A DNA stretch of 64,000 nucleotides from an uncultured Alphaproteobacteria bacterium. Lineage in GTDB: Bacteria > Pseudomonadota > Alphaproteobacteria > HIMB59 > GCA-002718135. The stretch lies in assembly GCA_902587565.1 (NCBI GenBank), contig CACILT010000002.1, positions 2,396 through 66,395 on the forward strand. Reading direction: 5' to 3'. The notes beneath the pieces were generated by a model. The model did not search any database. It saw only the letters and a program-made list of their open reading frames with translations, and was not told the origin of the DNA. The position numbers and the translations under genes were made by a program. This document shows positions 43,344 to 52,904 of this stretch, one piece after another; position 1 is the first letter of the stretch, and every line of letters begins with the position of its first letter.

Positions 43344-45039
43344 AAGTTATTTCATTGCTAAAATATTTTAAAATAGAATTTAATGGGTTTGTTGCAGCTT
43401 GTCCTAAACCACATATCGATGCTTGAGCCATAACTTCACTTAAATCTTTTAATTTTTCCTTGTTCCAAATTTTTTCTTGCATTAATTTTACAGTTTTCTC
43501 TGTACCGGAACGGCATGGTGTACATTGACCACAGCTTTCCTCTTCAAAAAATTTTAGTAAATTAAGTGCAACATCTTTCATATTATCATGATCCGATAAT
43601 ACAACTACTGCCGCTGAGCCTAAAAAACATCCGGCATCCATTAATTCTTTCGATCCATAATCAAGTGGAATATCATTCATTGTAGCGGGGAGAATACCAC
43701 CTGATGCACCTCCTGGAAGATATCCTTTAAAAGTATGTCCATCGGCCATACCATCACAATACTCATCAATTAATTGCTGAATTGTTATCCCAGCTGGAGC
43801 AACTTTTACTCCTGGGTTTTTTACTCTTCCTGATACTGAAAAACTATGAAAACCCTTATTTCCATTGGACCCCTTTTCAGCAAACCACTTTGCTCCTTTT
43901 TCAATTATATCTCTTACCCAAAAAAGAGTTTCTAAATTATTTGTTAAAGTAGGACATCCAAATAAACCAATTTCAGCCACATAAGGCGGTCTATGCCTTG
44001 GCAATCCTCTCTTTCCTTCAATACTTTCTATCATTGCTGACTCTTCTCCACAGATATAGGCTCCTGCTCCTCTTCTTACTATGAAAAAGTCTCTTGGAAT
44101 TATTTCTTCATCTTCCATTTTATTTATTTCATCAATTAAAATTTTTATAACTGCTGGATATTCATCTCTCATATAAATGTAAACTTTATGAGCATTTATA
44201 AAATAAGAGGCAATTAAAGCTCCCTCTAAAAATCTATGTGGATCACTTTCTAAATATGACCTATCTTTAAATGTTCCTGGTTCACCTTCATCACCATTAA
44301 CAGCAACATATTTTTTACCATTGTATTTTGAGACAATTTCCCATTTTTTTCCTGTAGGAAATCCAGCGCCACCCTTCCCTTTCAATCCACTTTCATTTAA
44401 TGAATCCAAAACTTGTTTTTTTGAAATTACCCCATTACGTATTTTGTTAGCAATTTCATAACCGCCATTTTTTTTATAAGCAGATAAATTTATATAATCT
44501 GGAATGAAGGGGTCAAAAAATTTTTCATCGATTGATTTTTTAACTTTATCAAAATTAGCCACATCAACATAATTTTTTCCTACGCAGACAGTAGGAGCAA
44601 CATTACATCTTCCCATGCATGGCCCAGGTACGACTTTTATATTTTTATTTTCTAATTTTTTTATATCTTGAAGCAATTTGTGTGCGCCAAATAATTCACA
44701 CGTTAAACTTTCACAAACTCTTACAACATTCACTGGGTTATAATCTTTACTATCTTTAACAATATTAAAGTGAGCATAAAAAGTTGCAACTTCATAAATT
44801 TCTGAAAGTGGTAAGTTAATAATAGTAGATAAAGCTACTAGATGTTTATCGTACAAAACACCAAATTTATCCTGTAATATATGCAAATATTCTATTAATT
44901 CATCTCGCTTAAATATTAATCCTGAAAACAATTTAGAAACTTCATCTAAATATTTATCTTCGACTTGTCTTCCTTTTGGAGTCCAACGTCTTTTCTTCTT
45001 TTTTAAAGAAGTTTCTGTTTGAGAAACAAATTTATCCAT
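43336..45039 (-). CDS. fdh1B: Formate dehydrogenase beta (diaphorase) subunit, NuoE+NuoF fusion
   Basis: EVATFY, CESLTC/CMGRC [2Fe-2S], GKGGAGFPTG, NGDEGEPGTFKDR, GAYICGEE, ESCGQCTPCR, ICGLG. Confidence 0.9.
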   Translation of the reverse strand: MDKFVSQTETSLKKKKRRWTPKGRQVEDKYLDEVSKLFSGLIFKRDELIEYLHILQDKFGVLYDKHLVALSTIINLPLSEIYEVATFYAHFNIVKDSKDYNPVNVVRVCESLTCELFGAHKLLQDIKKLENKNIKVVPGPCMGRCNVAPTVCVGKNYVDVANFDKVKKSIDEKFFDPFIPDYINLSAYKKNGGYEIANKIRNGVISKKQVLDSLNESGLKGKGGAGFPTGKKWEIVSKYNGKKYVAVNGDEGEPGTFKDRSYLESDPHRFLEGALIASYFINAHKVYIYMRDEYPAVIKILIDEINKMEDEEIIPRDFFIVRRGAGAYICGEESAMIESIEGKRGLPRHRPPYVAEIGLFGCPTLTNNLETLFWVRDIIEKGAKWFAEKGSNGNKGFHSFSVSGRVKNPGVKVAPAGITIQQLIDEYCDGMADGHTFKGYLPGGASGGILPATMNDIPLDYGSKELMDAGCFLGSAAVVVLSDHDNMKDVALNLLKFFEEESCGQCTPCRSGTEKTVKLMQEKIWNKEKLKDLSEVMAQASICGLGQAATNPLNSILKYFSNEITYD

Positions 45040-45079
45040 TCCAATTAATATTATACTATATATTAAGTATCAGAAAACT

Positions 45080-45331
45080 ATGAAAGATTCAGTTGAAAAT
45101 GAAGAATTAGTTCTTGATACTAGTGGTACAGAATGTCCTATACCCGTGCTTAAGGCTAGGAAACTTGCTTCAGAATTAAACAAGGATACAATTATTAAAA
45201 TTATTGCAACTGATCCCTTGGCTGAAGCAGACTTTGAACATTATTGTGATCAGTCCAACTATGAATATTTAAGTTGTAAAAAAATTAAAGATAAAATTGT
45301 AATTCGTTATAAATTTAAAATTAATAATTAA
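45080..45331 (+). CDS. tusA: TusA/SirA-family sulfur carrier
   Basis: LDTSGTECPIPVL (CPxP motif), ATDP. Confidence 0.88.
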   Translation: MKDSVENEELVLDTSGTECPIPVLKARKLASELNKDTIIKIIATDPLAEADFEHYCDQSNYEYLSCKKIKDKIVIRYKFKINN

Positions 45332-46542
45332 AATAAACTTTCGTAACTATAAAAATCAAATATATCTCCTTTGTTTACTTGAGAAACATTTTCATCAATT
45401 TCAATTATACCATCTGAATAGGATATAGAACTAATCATTCCAGAGCCTTGTTTAGGAAATTTATTTGCAATATTTTTATTATTTATAGTTTCTTTATTTA
45501 CGCGTAACCACTCCATTCTTTTTGTTTTTTTCTTCATAGAAAAATTTGCTGCAATTTTACTTGAAGATGGGAGCTTAAAATTTCCACCAGATAGTTTTTC
45601 TATTAATGGTTTTACTAACATTGCATATAGTAATTGAACAGAAACTGGATTACCTGGTAAGCAAACTATGTAGCAGTTATTTATTTTTCCAACTGCAATA
45701 GGTCTTCCTGGTTTTATTGCTGCTCTCCAAAAATATACCTTACCTATTTCAGATAAAACTTTAATTAAATGATCTTCATCACCAACAGATGCACCACCAG
45801 CAGTTATTATTACATTAAATTTTTTTGAAGTATTAAAAATTTTATTTTTAATAGATTTAAAATTATCTTTGAGATTTCCACAATATTTTTTTTCTATAAA
45901 ATTCTTATCAAGTAAATTATTTAAACTATAGTAATTTGAATTATTAATTTCAGAATTTTTCAAATTTTTAGTTGGTTTTCGTAATTCATTACCACTTGTA
46001 AAGAAACCAATTTTAATTTTTTTAAATACTTTTATTTTACTAATACCAGTAGCAGCAATTAAATTTATATTTTGTTGATTTAATTTAGACCCCTTTTCCA
46101 ATATTTTTTGGTTTTTTTTTATATCTTCACCCTTTAATCTATAATTATCTCCAAATTTTGGAATTTTAATTAAATGAATTTTATTTCCTTTCTTGTATGT
46201 ATTTTCCTGCATAACTACAGTTGATGAATTCGAAGGCATTTTAGCACCAGTAAAAATTCTAACTGCTTCACCAGGCTTTACTTTTATATTTTTGTTATCT
46301 CCAGCAGCTATTCGCCTATTACAAAAAAAAACTTTTTTTGTTTTTAAATCTGTTTTTAAAATAGCATAACCGTCTACAGCAGAATTATTAAAAGGAGGTA
46401 AATTAATTTTACTTTTTATATTTTCATAAAGAAATCTATCCTCTGAATTTTCTAAATTAACTTTTTCAGAGTTAAAAATTACAATCTTTTTTTTTTTAAA
46501 TAAATTAACAATTTGTTTTTTGGTTAAAGGTGATTTATTCAT
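45328..46542 (-). CDS. moeA: Molybdopterin Mo/W-transferase MoeA
   Basis: PPFNNSAVDGYA, RIFTGA, SGNEL, GGASVGDED, IKPGRP, LPGNPVS, QGSG. Confidence 0.95.
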   Translation of the reverse strand: MNKSPLTKKQIVNLFKKKKIVIFNSEKVNLENSEDRFLYENIKSKINLPPFNNSAVDGYAILKTDLKTKKVFFCNRRIAAGDNKNIKVKPGEAVRIFTGAKMPSNSSTVVMQENTYKKGNKIHLIKIPKFGDNYRLKGEDIKKNQKILEKGSKLNQQNINLIAATGISKIKVFKKIKIGFFTSGNELRKPTKNLKNSEINNSNYYSLNNLLDKNFIEKKYCGNLKDNFKSIKNKIFNTSKKFNVIITAGGASVGDEDHLIKVLSEIGKVYFWRAAIKPGRPIAVGKINNCYIVCLPGNPVSVQLLYAMLVKPLIEKLSGGNFKLPSSSKIAANFSMKKKTKRMEWLRVNKETINNKNIANKFPKQGSGMISSISYSDGIIEIDENVSQVNKGDIFDFYSYESLF

Positions 46543-47024
46543 TAAAATTCTCTCAAAATAAAATCGACTATATTATCAATTTCGTCATTCTTAAAAATTT
46601 TCAAGTCAGTTTCAAGTTTATTATTTGAAATAATAGCTTTTATATTTTTAATTTTGGTAAATAAGTAATTATCATTATCATTTTTAATTATTTCAATTTT
46701 TGGGTGATTTTCTTTTTTAAACCCTTCCACTATTACAATATCAATTTCTGAAAGTTGATTAATTAATTCATCTAATGTTTTTTCTTTTGAATTGTTTAGC
46801 TCTGATATTTTAACCCATCGCTTTGATGAACTAACTATTACTTGAGAAGATCCCGCTAATCTATGCTTAAAGCTATCTGTATTCTCATGATCTATATCAA
46901 ATTCGTGATGTGCATGTTTAATTGAAGCAACACGAAAATTTTTAGAGCTAAGTTTATTGATAATTTTAGTTGCAATAGTTGTTTTACCTGAGTCCTTCCA
47001 GCCAACAATTCCTACTATTTTCAT
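46542..47024 (-). CDS. mobB: Molybdopterin-guanine dinucleotide biosynthesis protein B
   Basis: GWKDSGKTT, IKHAHHEFDID, VEGFK. Confidence 0.95.
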   Translation of the reverse strand: MKIVGIVGWKDSGKTTIATKIINKLSSKNFRVASIKHAHHEFDIDHENTDSFKHRLAGSSQVIVSSSKRWVKISELNNSKEKTLDELINQLSEIDIVIVEGFKKENHPKIEIIKNDNDNYLFTKIKNIKAIISNNKLETDLKIFKNDEIDNIVDFILREF

Positions 47025-47713
47025 TTAACAGGTCTATTATTTAATAAATATACAAGCGAGTAAATAATTATTGTTATTGATATTAAAACTAAACCTAATG
47101 CCATAGCGTATTCTAAATTTCCCATTCTAGTTTCTAACGATATAGCAGTTGTCATTACTCGTGTATAATGATCAATATTACCACCCACAATCATAACTGC
47201 ACCAACTTCTGAAATTGCTCTGCCAAAAGCAGATAATAATGTTGTTATTAATAAAAAATAACTATGGTTAAATAAAAGTTTTACAGAACCCCAAAAAGGA
47301 ATATTTAAGGATCTTATTTGATCTTTAAATTCATACCAATTTTTAGAAAATATCTCATGAGATAATGAAGCAATTATTGGAAAAATTATTATAGTTTGAG
47401 CAATAATCATCGCAGAAGGTGTATAGAGAAGTTGTAAGATACCTAAAGGTCCACCTGATGCAAAAATAAAATAAACAATTAAACCAACTACAACTGGAGG
47501 AATTCCCATTAATGAGTTAATAATTATTAAAATAATTTTTTTGAAATAAAAATTATAAATTGCAAAATAATACCCTACTATAAATCCTAATAATGATGCA
47601 ATAATTAGGGCAGTAAAACTTACAAATAATGATAAAAGTATAATGTCCCATAGTTCATGATCTAAAGTAATAATTAATAGTATGGAATTTGTGAAAATTT
47701 CTAATATGTTCAT
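47021..47713 (-). CDS. tupB: Tungstate ABC transporter permease TupB
   Basis: MGIPPVVVGL, GPLG..LLYTP, FGRAISEVGAVMIVGGNI, TRVMTTAI are TupB-type rather than ModB-type motifs. Confidence 0.85.
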   Translation of the reverse strand: MNILEIFTNSILLIITLDHELWDIILLSLFVSFTALIIASLLGFIVGYYFAIYNFYFKKIILIIINSLMGIPPVVVGLIVYFIFASGGPLGILQLLYTPSAMIIAQTIIIFPIIASLSHEIFSKNWYEFKDQIRSLNIPFWGSVKLLFNHSYFLLITTLLSAFGRAISEVGAVMIVGGNIDHYTRVMTTAISLETRMGNLEYAMALGLVLISITIIIYSLVYLLNNRPVK

Positions 47714-47739
47714 TTATATTATTAGTTTAATTACAACAT

Positions 47740-48558
47740 ATGGCAAAAAAAGAGAAATATTTAGTCTCACCTGATATTAATAATAAGTCCTTAATTACAA
47801 AACTAAATGGTTTTGATGAGAAAGGGAATAAAATAATTTCTAAAGTTATTAATGAAAAAGCTCTTACAATTTTTCTTAATAATCAAGAGATAGTAACGCT
47901 AATGTCTATTAGTGATCACCCAAAATATCTTGCAGTTGGGTATTTATTGAATCAAAATATGCTTAGGAAAAATGATATAATTACAAAAGTTGAAATTGAT
48001 AAAGATTTAGGTGTGGTTGTTGTACGAACAAAACGTAAAACAAATTATGAAAACAAATTAAGAAAGAAAATAACAACTAGTGGTTGTGCAATAGGTACGG
48101 TATTTGGGGATATCTATGCGGAAATAAAAAAATCAAAATTAAAATCCAAAAAGAAAATTAAACATAAATGGATTTATGAAATTTCAAAAAAAATTACATT
48201 AACACCGAGCTTATATTTAGAAACAGGAGCAATACATGGTTGTGCCATTATTCATAATAATAAACCATTGATTTATATGGAAGACGTTGGGAGACATAAT
48301 GCTGTAGATAAAATTGCAGGTTTTATGTTTTTAAAAAAAATTAGCTCTTCAAACAAAATTTTTTACACCACAGGAAGACTAACTAGTGAAATGGTTATTA
48401 AAACTATAAAAATGGGTATTCCAATATTAATTTCTAGATCAGGATTCACAGCATGGGGTGTAGAGCTGGCGAGAGGCTCGAATTTAACACTTATTGGACG
48501 AGCAAAAGGAAAAAAATATTTAGCACTTTCTGGGGAAAATAGAATTGACCATAAATAA
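47740..48558 (+). CDS. fdhD: Formate dehydrogenase accessory sulfurtransferase FdhD
   Basis: TSGCA, TGAIHGC, EDVGRHNAVDK, TGRLTSEMV. Confidence 0.95.
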   Translation: MAKKEKYLVSPDINNKSLITKLNGFDEKGNKIISKVINEKALTIFLNNQEIVTLMSISDHPKYLAVGYLLNQNMLRKNDIITKVEIDKDLGVVVVRTKRKTNYENKLRKKITTSGCAIGTVFGDIYAEIKKSKLKSKKKIKHKWIYEISKKITLTPSLYLETGAIHGCAIIHNNKPLIYMEDVGRHNAVDKIAGFMFLKKISSSNKIFYTTGRLTSEMVIKTIKMGIPILISRSGFTAWGVELARGSNLTLIGRAKGKKYLALSGENRIDHK

Positions 48559-49147
48559 GAAAAAAATTTTGTTTGCTATACTTGCTGGAGGTCAGTCAAA
48601 AAGATTTGGAGGTGGATTTAAAGCTTTTGCAAAAATAAATGGAATTACAATCTTAGACAAAATAATAAACAAGCTTAAAAAATATAATAATGAAATAATA
48701 ATAAATGCTAATGACTTAAAAAGTTTTAAGAAAATTAATTACCCAATAATTGAAGATAAATTCAAAGGTTTTGTAGGGCCTTTAGCAGGGATTCACACAT
48801 CTATGTTGTGGACTAAAGAAAATTATACAAACAAAGAATGGGTTTTTACTGTTCCAAGTGATACCCCATTTTTACCCAATAATCTTTTAGATAAGTTTTT
48901 AGAGGCATATGATCAAAACATAAAAATATTGATTGCAAGATCAAATAGTAGGCATCATCCTGTAATAGCAATGTGGCATATATCGTTAATAACTAGTTTA
49001 GAAAATGAGTTAAAATTAAAAAATAGTAAAATTATGTTTTGGGTAAAAAAACACAAATATAAATTTGTTGAATTCGACAAAAGCCAGGAAAAGAATTTTT
49101 TCAATGTTAATACTCAAGAAGAATGGAATACTGCAAAAAATATCTAA
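48545..49147 (+). CDS. mobA: Molybdenum cofactor guanylyltransferase MobA
   Basis: ILAGGQSKRFG, GPLAGI, DTPF, FFNVNT; TTG start. Confidence 0.93.
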   Translation: MTINKKKILFAILAGGQSKRFGGGFKAFAKINGITILDKIINKLKKYNNEIIINANDLKSFKKINYPIIEDKFKGFVGPLAGIHTSMLWTKENYTNKEWVFTVPSDTPFLPNNLLDKFLEAYDQNIKILIARSNSRHHPVIAMWHISLITSLENELKLKNSKIMFWVKKHKYKFVEFDKSQEKNFFNVNTQEEWNTAKNI

Positions 49148-49198
49148 GTTTAATATAAATATATAAAAAATATTTTTTTTGTATAAAGAATATTTTGA

Positions 49199-50293
49199 AT
49201 GGTAAGATTAATATATAAAATATTCCCAGGAATTATCTTTTGTTTTGTAATTGCTTATTCAGGCATATACCTAAGTGATTTTATTGGAAAAGAAGTTTTA
49301 AATTTAAAAAAAAGTCCAATATCACCAATAATGCTATCAATAATATTTGGTCTTTTGATAGGAAATATATTTCATATTAATAGTTTTTTATTAGAAGGAA
49401 TTAAGTTTTCTTTAAAATTTATTCTAAGATTAGGAATAATATGTCTTGGTATTAGGCTAGGACTTTTAGATATTTTTAAAGTTGGAATAGTTGGAATACC
49501 TCTAATTGTTGCTTGTATTATTATATCAATCTTGGTTGTAAATTATTTATGCAAATTGTTAAATGTTTCTTCAAAAATGGGATCACTAATTGCAGTTGGA
49601 ACAAGTATTTGTGGAGCATCTGCAATTGTAGCAACTAGTCCTGCAATTAATGCTGATAAAGAGGAAGTTGCTTATGCCATAGCGAATATTACAATATTTG
49701 GAATAATTGCAATGTTCCTCTATCCATTTATGGCATATTATCTTTTCAGTGGAGATGAGTTAGCATCAGGATTATTTCTTGGAACTTCAATACATGAAAC
49801 AGCTCAAGTTGCTGGTGCTGGATTGATATATGCAGAACAATTCAATTCACCAAAAACTATGGATATAGCAACGATTACAAAATTAGTAAGAAATGTCAGT
49901 ATGATAATCGTCATTCCTACAATAAGCTATATGTATCTAAGAAATAATATTGGAGAAAACAATATCAAACCATCTTTAATATCTATGTTTCCAATTTTCA
50001 TTATTGGTTTTATTCTTATGGGTCTTATAAGATCAATTGGAGATTATGGAATTCAAAATAGTAATTTAGCTTTTGAAATATTAACTAATAATAACTGGCA
50101 ATTTATCATCAATATTATTAAATCTATCGCTGAGTATTCTTTAGCAATAGCAATGGCAGCTGTTGGCATAAGTACAAATTTAGTTTCTTTAAAAAGCTTA
50201 GGCATAAGACCATTTTATGTTGGTTTTTCTGCAGCTTGTTGTGTTGGAATTGTAAGTTATATCGGAATCATAGTACTAAATAATTTTATATAA
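49199..50293 (+). CDS. YeiH/UPF0324 family membrane protein (putative sulfate exporter, TauZ/CuyZ-like)
   Basis: GTSICGASAI, GTSIHETAQV, TKLVR, AMAAVG; about 10 TM segments. Confidence 0.88.
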   Translation: MVRLIYKIFPGIIFCFVIAYSGIYLSDFIGKEVLNLKKSPISPIMLSIIFGLLIGNIFHINSFLLEGIKFSLKFILRLGIICLGIRLGLLDIFKVGIVGIPLIVACIIISILVVNYLCKLLNVSSKMGSLIAVGTSICGASAIVATSPAINADKEEVAYAIANITIFGIIAMFLYPFMAYYLFSGDELASGLFLGTSIHETAQVAGAGLIYAEQFNSPKTMDIATITKLVRNVSMIIVIPTISYMYLRNNIGENNIKPSLISMFPIFIIGFILMGLIRSIGDYGIQNSNLAFEILTNNNWQFIINIIKSIAEYSLAIAMAAVGISTNLVSLKSLGIRPFYVGFSAACCVGIVSYIGIIVLNNFI

Positions 50294-50354
50294 TTTTCTA
50301 AAATAAATATAATTTGTACTTATTAAGTAATAATTATATAAATTCATAAAAAAC

Positions 50355-51269
50355 ATGTCAATTTACCTTCCAATAGCTGAAATGAACGTCAATATTTTTC
50401 TCATTATCTTTATTGGTATGAGTATAGGAATACTTTCAGGAATTTTTGGTGTTGGTGGTGGATTTTTAATGACACCACTATTAATTTTTTTAGGTATACC
50501 TCCAGTTGTAGCTGTTGGTTCTGAAGCTCCGCACGTTTTAGCAACTTCAGTTTCAGGTTTTATTGCTCACTGGAGAAAAAGAAATGTTGATATAAAGATG
50601 GGTATATTCCTCATAATAGGAGGTTTAATTGGCTCCACAGTTGGTGTAAATATTTTCAGTTATCTAAAAAACTTTGGGCAAATAGATTTAGTTATTCAGT
50701 TATTATTTCTTTTCTTTTTAGGTTTTATTGGATTTAGTATGGCTTTTGAAAGCGCAAGAACTACAATAAGACACTATAGAGCAAGAAACACAAAAAGAAC
50801 AAAACTGCATCAACATTCTTGGTTTCACGGACTTCCATTCAAAGTTCGCTTTCATAGATCAAAACTTTATATAAGTGCGATACCGCCTGTACTGATAGGG
50901 TTCGCAGTTGGAGTAATGTCCGCAATGATGGGAGTTGGAGGAGGATTTATAATGATACCTGCAATGGTATACATACTTGGAATGCCAACAAGTATAGTAG
51001 TTGGGACATCTTTATTTCAAATCATTTTTGTTACCGCTAATGCAACATTCTTTCAATCCTACATAAATTACAATGTAGATATTGTGCTGTCTGCACTAAT
51101 GATATTTGGAGGAGTAATTGGCGCACAAATTGGTGTAATTTTTGGTTCTAAATTAAAGGCAGAATATTTGAGAGGTATTTTAGCTATATTAGTACTGGGT
51201 GTCTGTGGTAAAATTTTTACAGATCTAGTTTTAAAACCTAATGATTTATTTTCATTGGTAATGATATGA
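50355..51269 (+). CDS. TauE/SafE family (TSUP) sulfite exporter-like permease
   Basis: Duplicated GVGGGF motifs (SGIFGVGGGFLMTP, MGVGGGFIMIP), GTSLFQI, IYLPIAE N-terminus. Confidence 0.92.
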   Translation: MSIYLPIAEMNVNIFLIIFIGMSIGILSGIFGVGGGFLMTPLLIFLGIPPVVAVGSEAPHVLATSVSGFIAHWRKRNVDIKMGIFLIIGGLIGSTVGVNIFSYLKNFGQIDLVIQLLFLFFLGFIGFSMAFESARTTIRHYRARNTKRTKLHQHSWFHGLPFKVRFHRSKLYISAIPPVLIGFAVGVMSAMMGVGGGFIMIPAMVYILGMPTSIVVGTSLFQIIFVTANATFFQSYINYNVDIVLSALMIFGGVIGAQIGVIFGSKLKAEYLRGILAILVLGVCGKIFTDLVLKPNDLFSLVMI

Positions 51270-51673
51270 TATCAATATTTAATTTTTCAATTAATTTATT
51301 GATCGTAGTTTGTCTCTTCATATATTTTATTTTTACAACCATTGGTTTTAATCTGGAGAATATTGAATATTTTTTAATTCTAATAATTGTTATAAACTCA
51401 TTTAACAAAATTTATATTTGGTCAAATTTCAGAGTATTTATTAAAAAAGATCTTAATAAAATATTTAAAGACATATTATTTAATGATTCATTTGCAAAAC
51501 TAAGTATAGTTATTTTATCCACTGTAATTCCAATTTATATGCTTATGCAAAAAGATATATTAGTGATTGATATATTGATTGAAAAAGCATCTTTTTTATT
51601 AGTATCAATTTTTGCATTAATTGGATTTTATTTAGAATTTTATATTTTAGAAGTGACAAAAATAGATGATTAA
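51266..51673 (+). CDS. Hypothetical 4-TM membrane protein
   Basis: 135-aa ORF overlapping both neighbours (ATGA upstream, 8-nt overlap downstream), with four hydrophobic stretches. Confidence 0.7.
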   Translation: MISIFNFSINLLIVVCLFIYFIFTTIGFNLENIEYFLILIIVINSFNKIYIWSNFRVFIKKDLNKIFKDILFNDSFAKLSIVILSTVIPIYMLMQKDILVIDILIEKASFLLVSIFALIGFYLEFYILEVTKIDD

Positions 51674-52430
51674 AAATTTATATATAAAGTTTACTTTTAA
51701 TCTGACAATTTTATTGACTGTAATTTTTGTTTATAACTTTCTTCATGCTGAAGAAATTTACTTTGACTTATCTGAGGATAGTATTGAATTAAAAACAGAT
51801 TTTAATGGAAAAGAAATTATTATTTTTGGATTACTAAAAAATGATCATGAGACACTTTTGACAATAAAAGGGCCGCCGTCAAAAATGAGAATACAAAAAA
51901 AAGAGAGGTATTTTGGAATATGGATAAATAATCAATACGTTACCTATAGTAACATTCCATCTTTATTCTTTTTGTCCTCATCAAAAGAAATTAGCGAAAT
52001 CTTGCCTGAATCGATATTAATTAATGAGGATCTAAGTTTTGAAAAAATTTTAAATAATAAGACTTTTAATCAAAATTTTATTTTCAAAAATGACCAGAAA
52101 AGCTGGAATGAAAATTTTGTTAGAATAAAAAAAGAACAATCATTTTATAAAAGTTTTGAAATGAAAAAGATTAAAGATAAATTATTTCAAACTAGCGTTT
52201 TTTTTCCAACAAATACAATACCAGGGATTTATAATGTTGATATTTACTATATAAGAAATAATACAATTATGAGTACTGATCAAAAAAATATAGTTATAAA
52301 AAAAACTGGTATAGGAAGTCAAATATTTGACTTTGCTAATGAAAATGCAGCTACATACGGAGTTTTTGTAATTATCTTTTCAATATTTTCAGGCTTTATT
52401 GCTGCTGCTTTATTTAGGAGAAGTAAATGA
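51666..52430 (+). CDS. TIGR02186-family membrane-anchored protein
   Basis: N-terminal signal, DFNGKEIIIFG, KKERYFGIWIN, C-terminal TM with YG motif; usual partner of this TauE subfamily. Confidence 0.85.
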   Translation: MIKNLYIKFTFNLTILLTVIFVYNFLHAEEIYFDLSEDSIELKTDFNGKEIIIFGLLKNDHETLLTIKGPPSKMRIQKKERYFGIWINNQYVTYSNIPSLFFLSSSKEISEILPESILINEDLSFEKILNNKTFNQNFIFKNDQKSWNENFVRIKKEQSFYKSFEMKKIKDKLFQTSVFFPTNTIPGIYNVDIYYIRNNTIMSTDQKNIVIKKTGIGSQIFDFANENAATYGVFVIIFSIFSGFIAAALFRRSK

Positions 52431-52900
52431 GTGATGATAGATATATTCTAGTTGTTGCAGATAATTCAGAAGAAATGAAAACAGCTCTTGAATATGCTTG
52501 TGCAAGATCAAAAAAAACAGGAAGAAAGATTATAATTGCAACATTCATAGAGCCTTTGGATGTTCTAACAACCAAGGGTGTTACAGACATTATGAAAGAG
52601 GAAGCTAGAGAAGAAGCAGAAACAATTCTTAAAAAAGCTGCCTCATTTGTCCAAGAAAGAACAGGTGACTATCCTGCTCTCTCTTTAAGAGAGGGGGATA
52701 CTATATCTGAATTAAAACAATTATTAGATGAGGAAAAAAATATTAATGTTCTTGTTTTAGCTGCAAATACTGATCCAAATAGTAAAAACCCTGGTCCAAT
52801 AATAACTTCTCTGGTGAGTAATGAAATAACAAACCTAAGAATACCAATAATGATTGTCCCTGGAAATTTATCATTTGAACATATTGCGCAAATAACTTAA
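52427..52900 (+). CDS. Universal stress protein
   Basis: ILVVADNSEE, REGD, VLVLAA, PGPII, IPIMIVPG. Confidence 0.9.
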   Translation: MSDDRYILVVADNSEEMKTALEYACARSKKTGRKIIIATFIEPLDVLTTKGVTDIMKEEAREEAETILKKAASFVQERTGDYPALSLREGDTISELKQLLDEEKNINVLVLAANTDPNSKNPGPIITSLVSNEITNLRIPIMIVPGNLSFEHIAQIT

Positions 52901-52904
52901 AAAA

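Noticed and set aside
43336-45039. Complex I nuoE/nuoF genes
   Set aside because: Fused, coupled to the FDH alpha gene, and no other nuo genes are present; it is the FDH diaphorase subunit.
45328-46542. Extreme AT and Lys/Asn/Ile richness with long T/A runs in moeA (also rluC, hisZ) as a sign of transfer or phase variation
   Set aside because: Frames are intact with conserved motifs; this fits genome-wide AT drift in weakly constrained genes.
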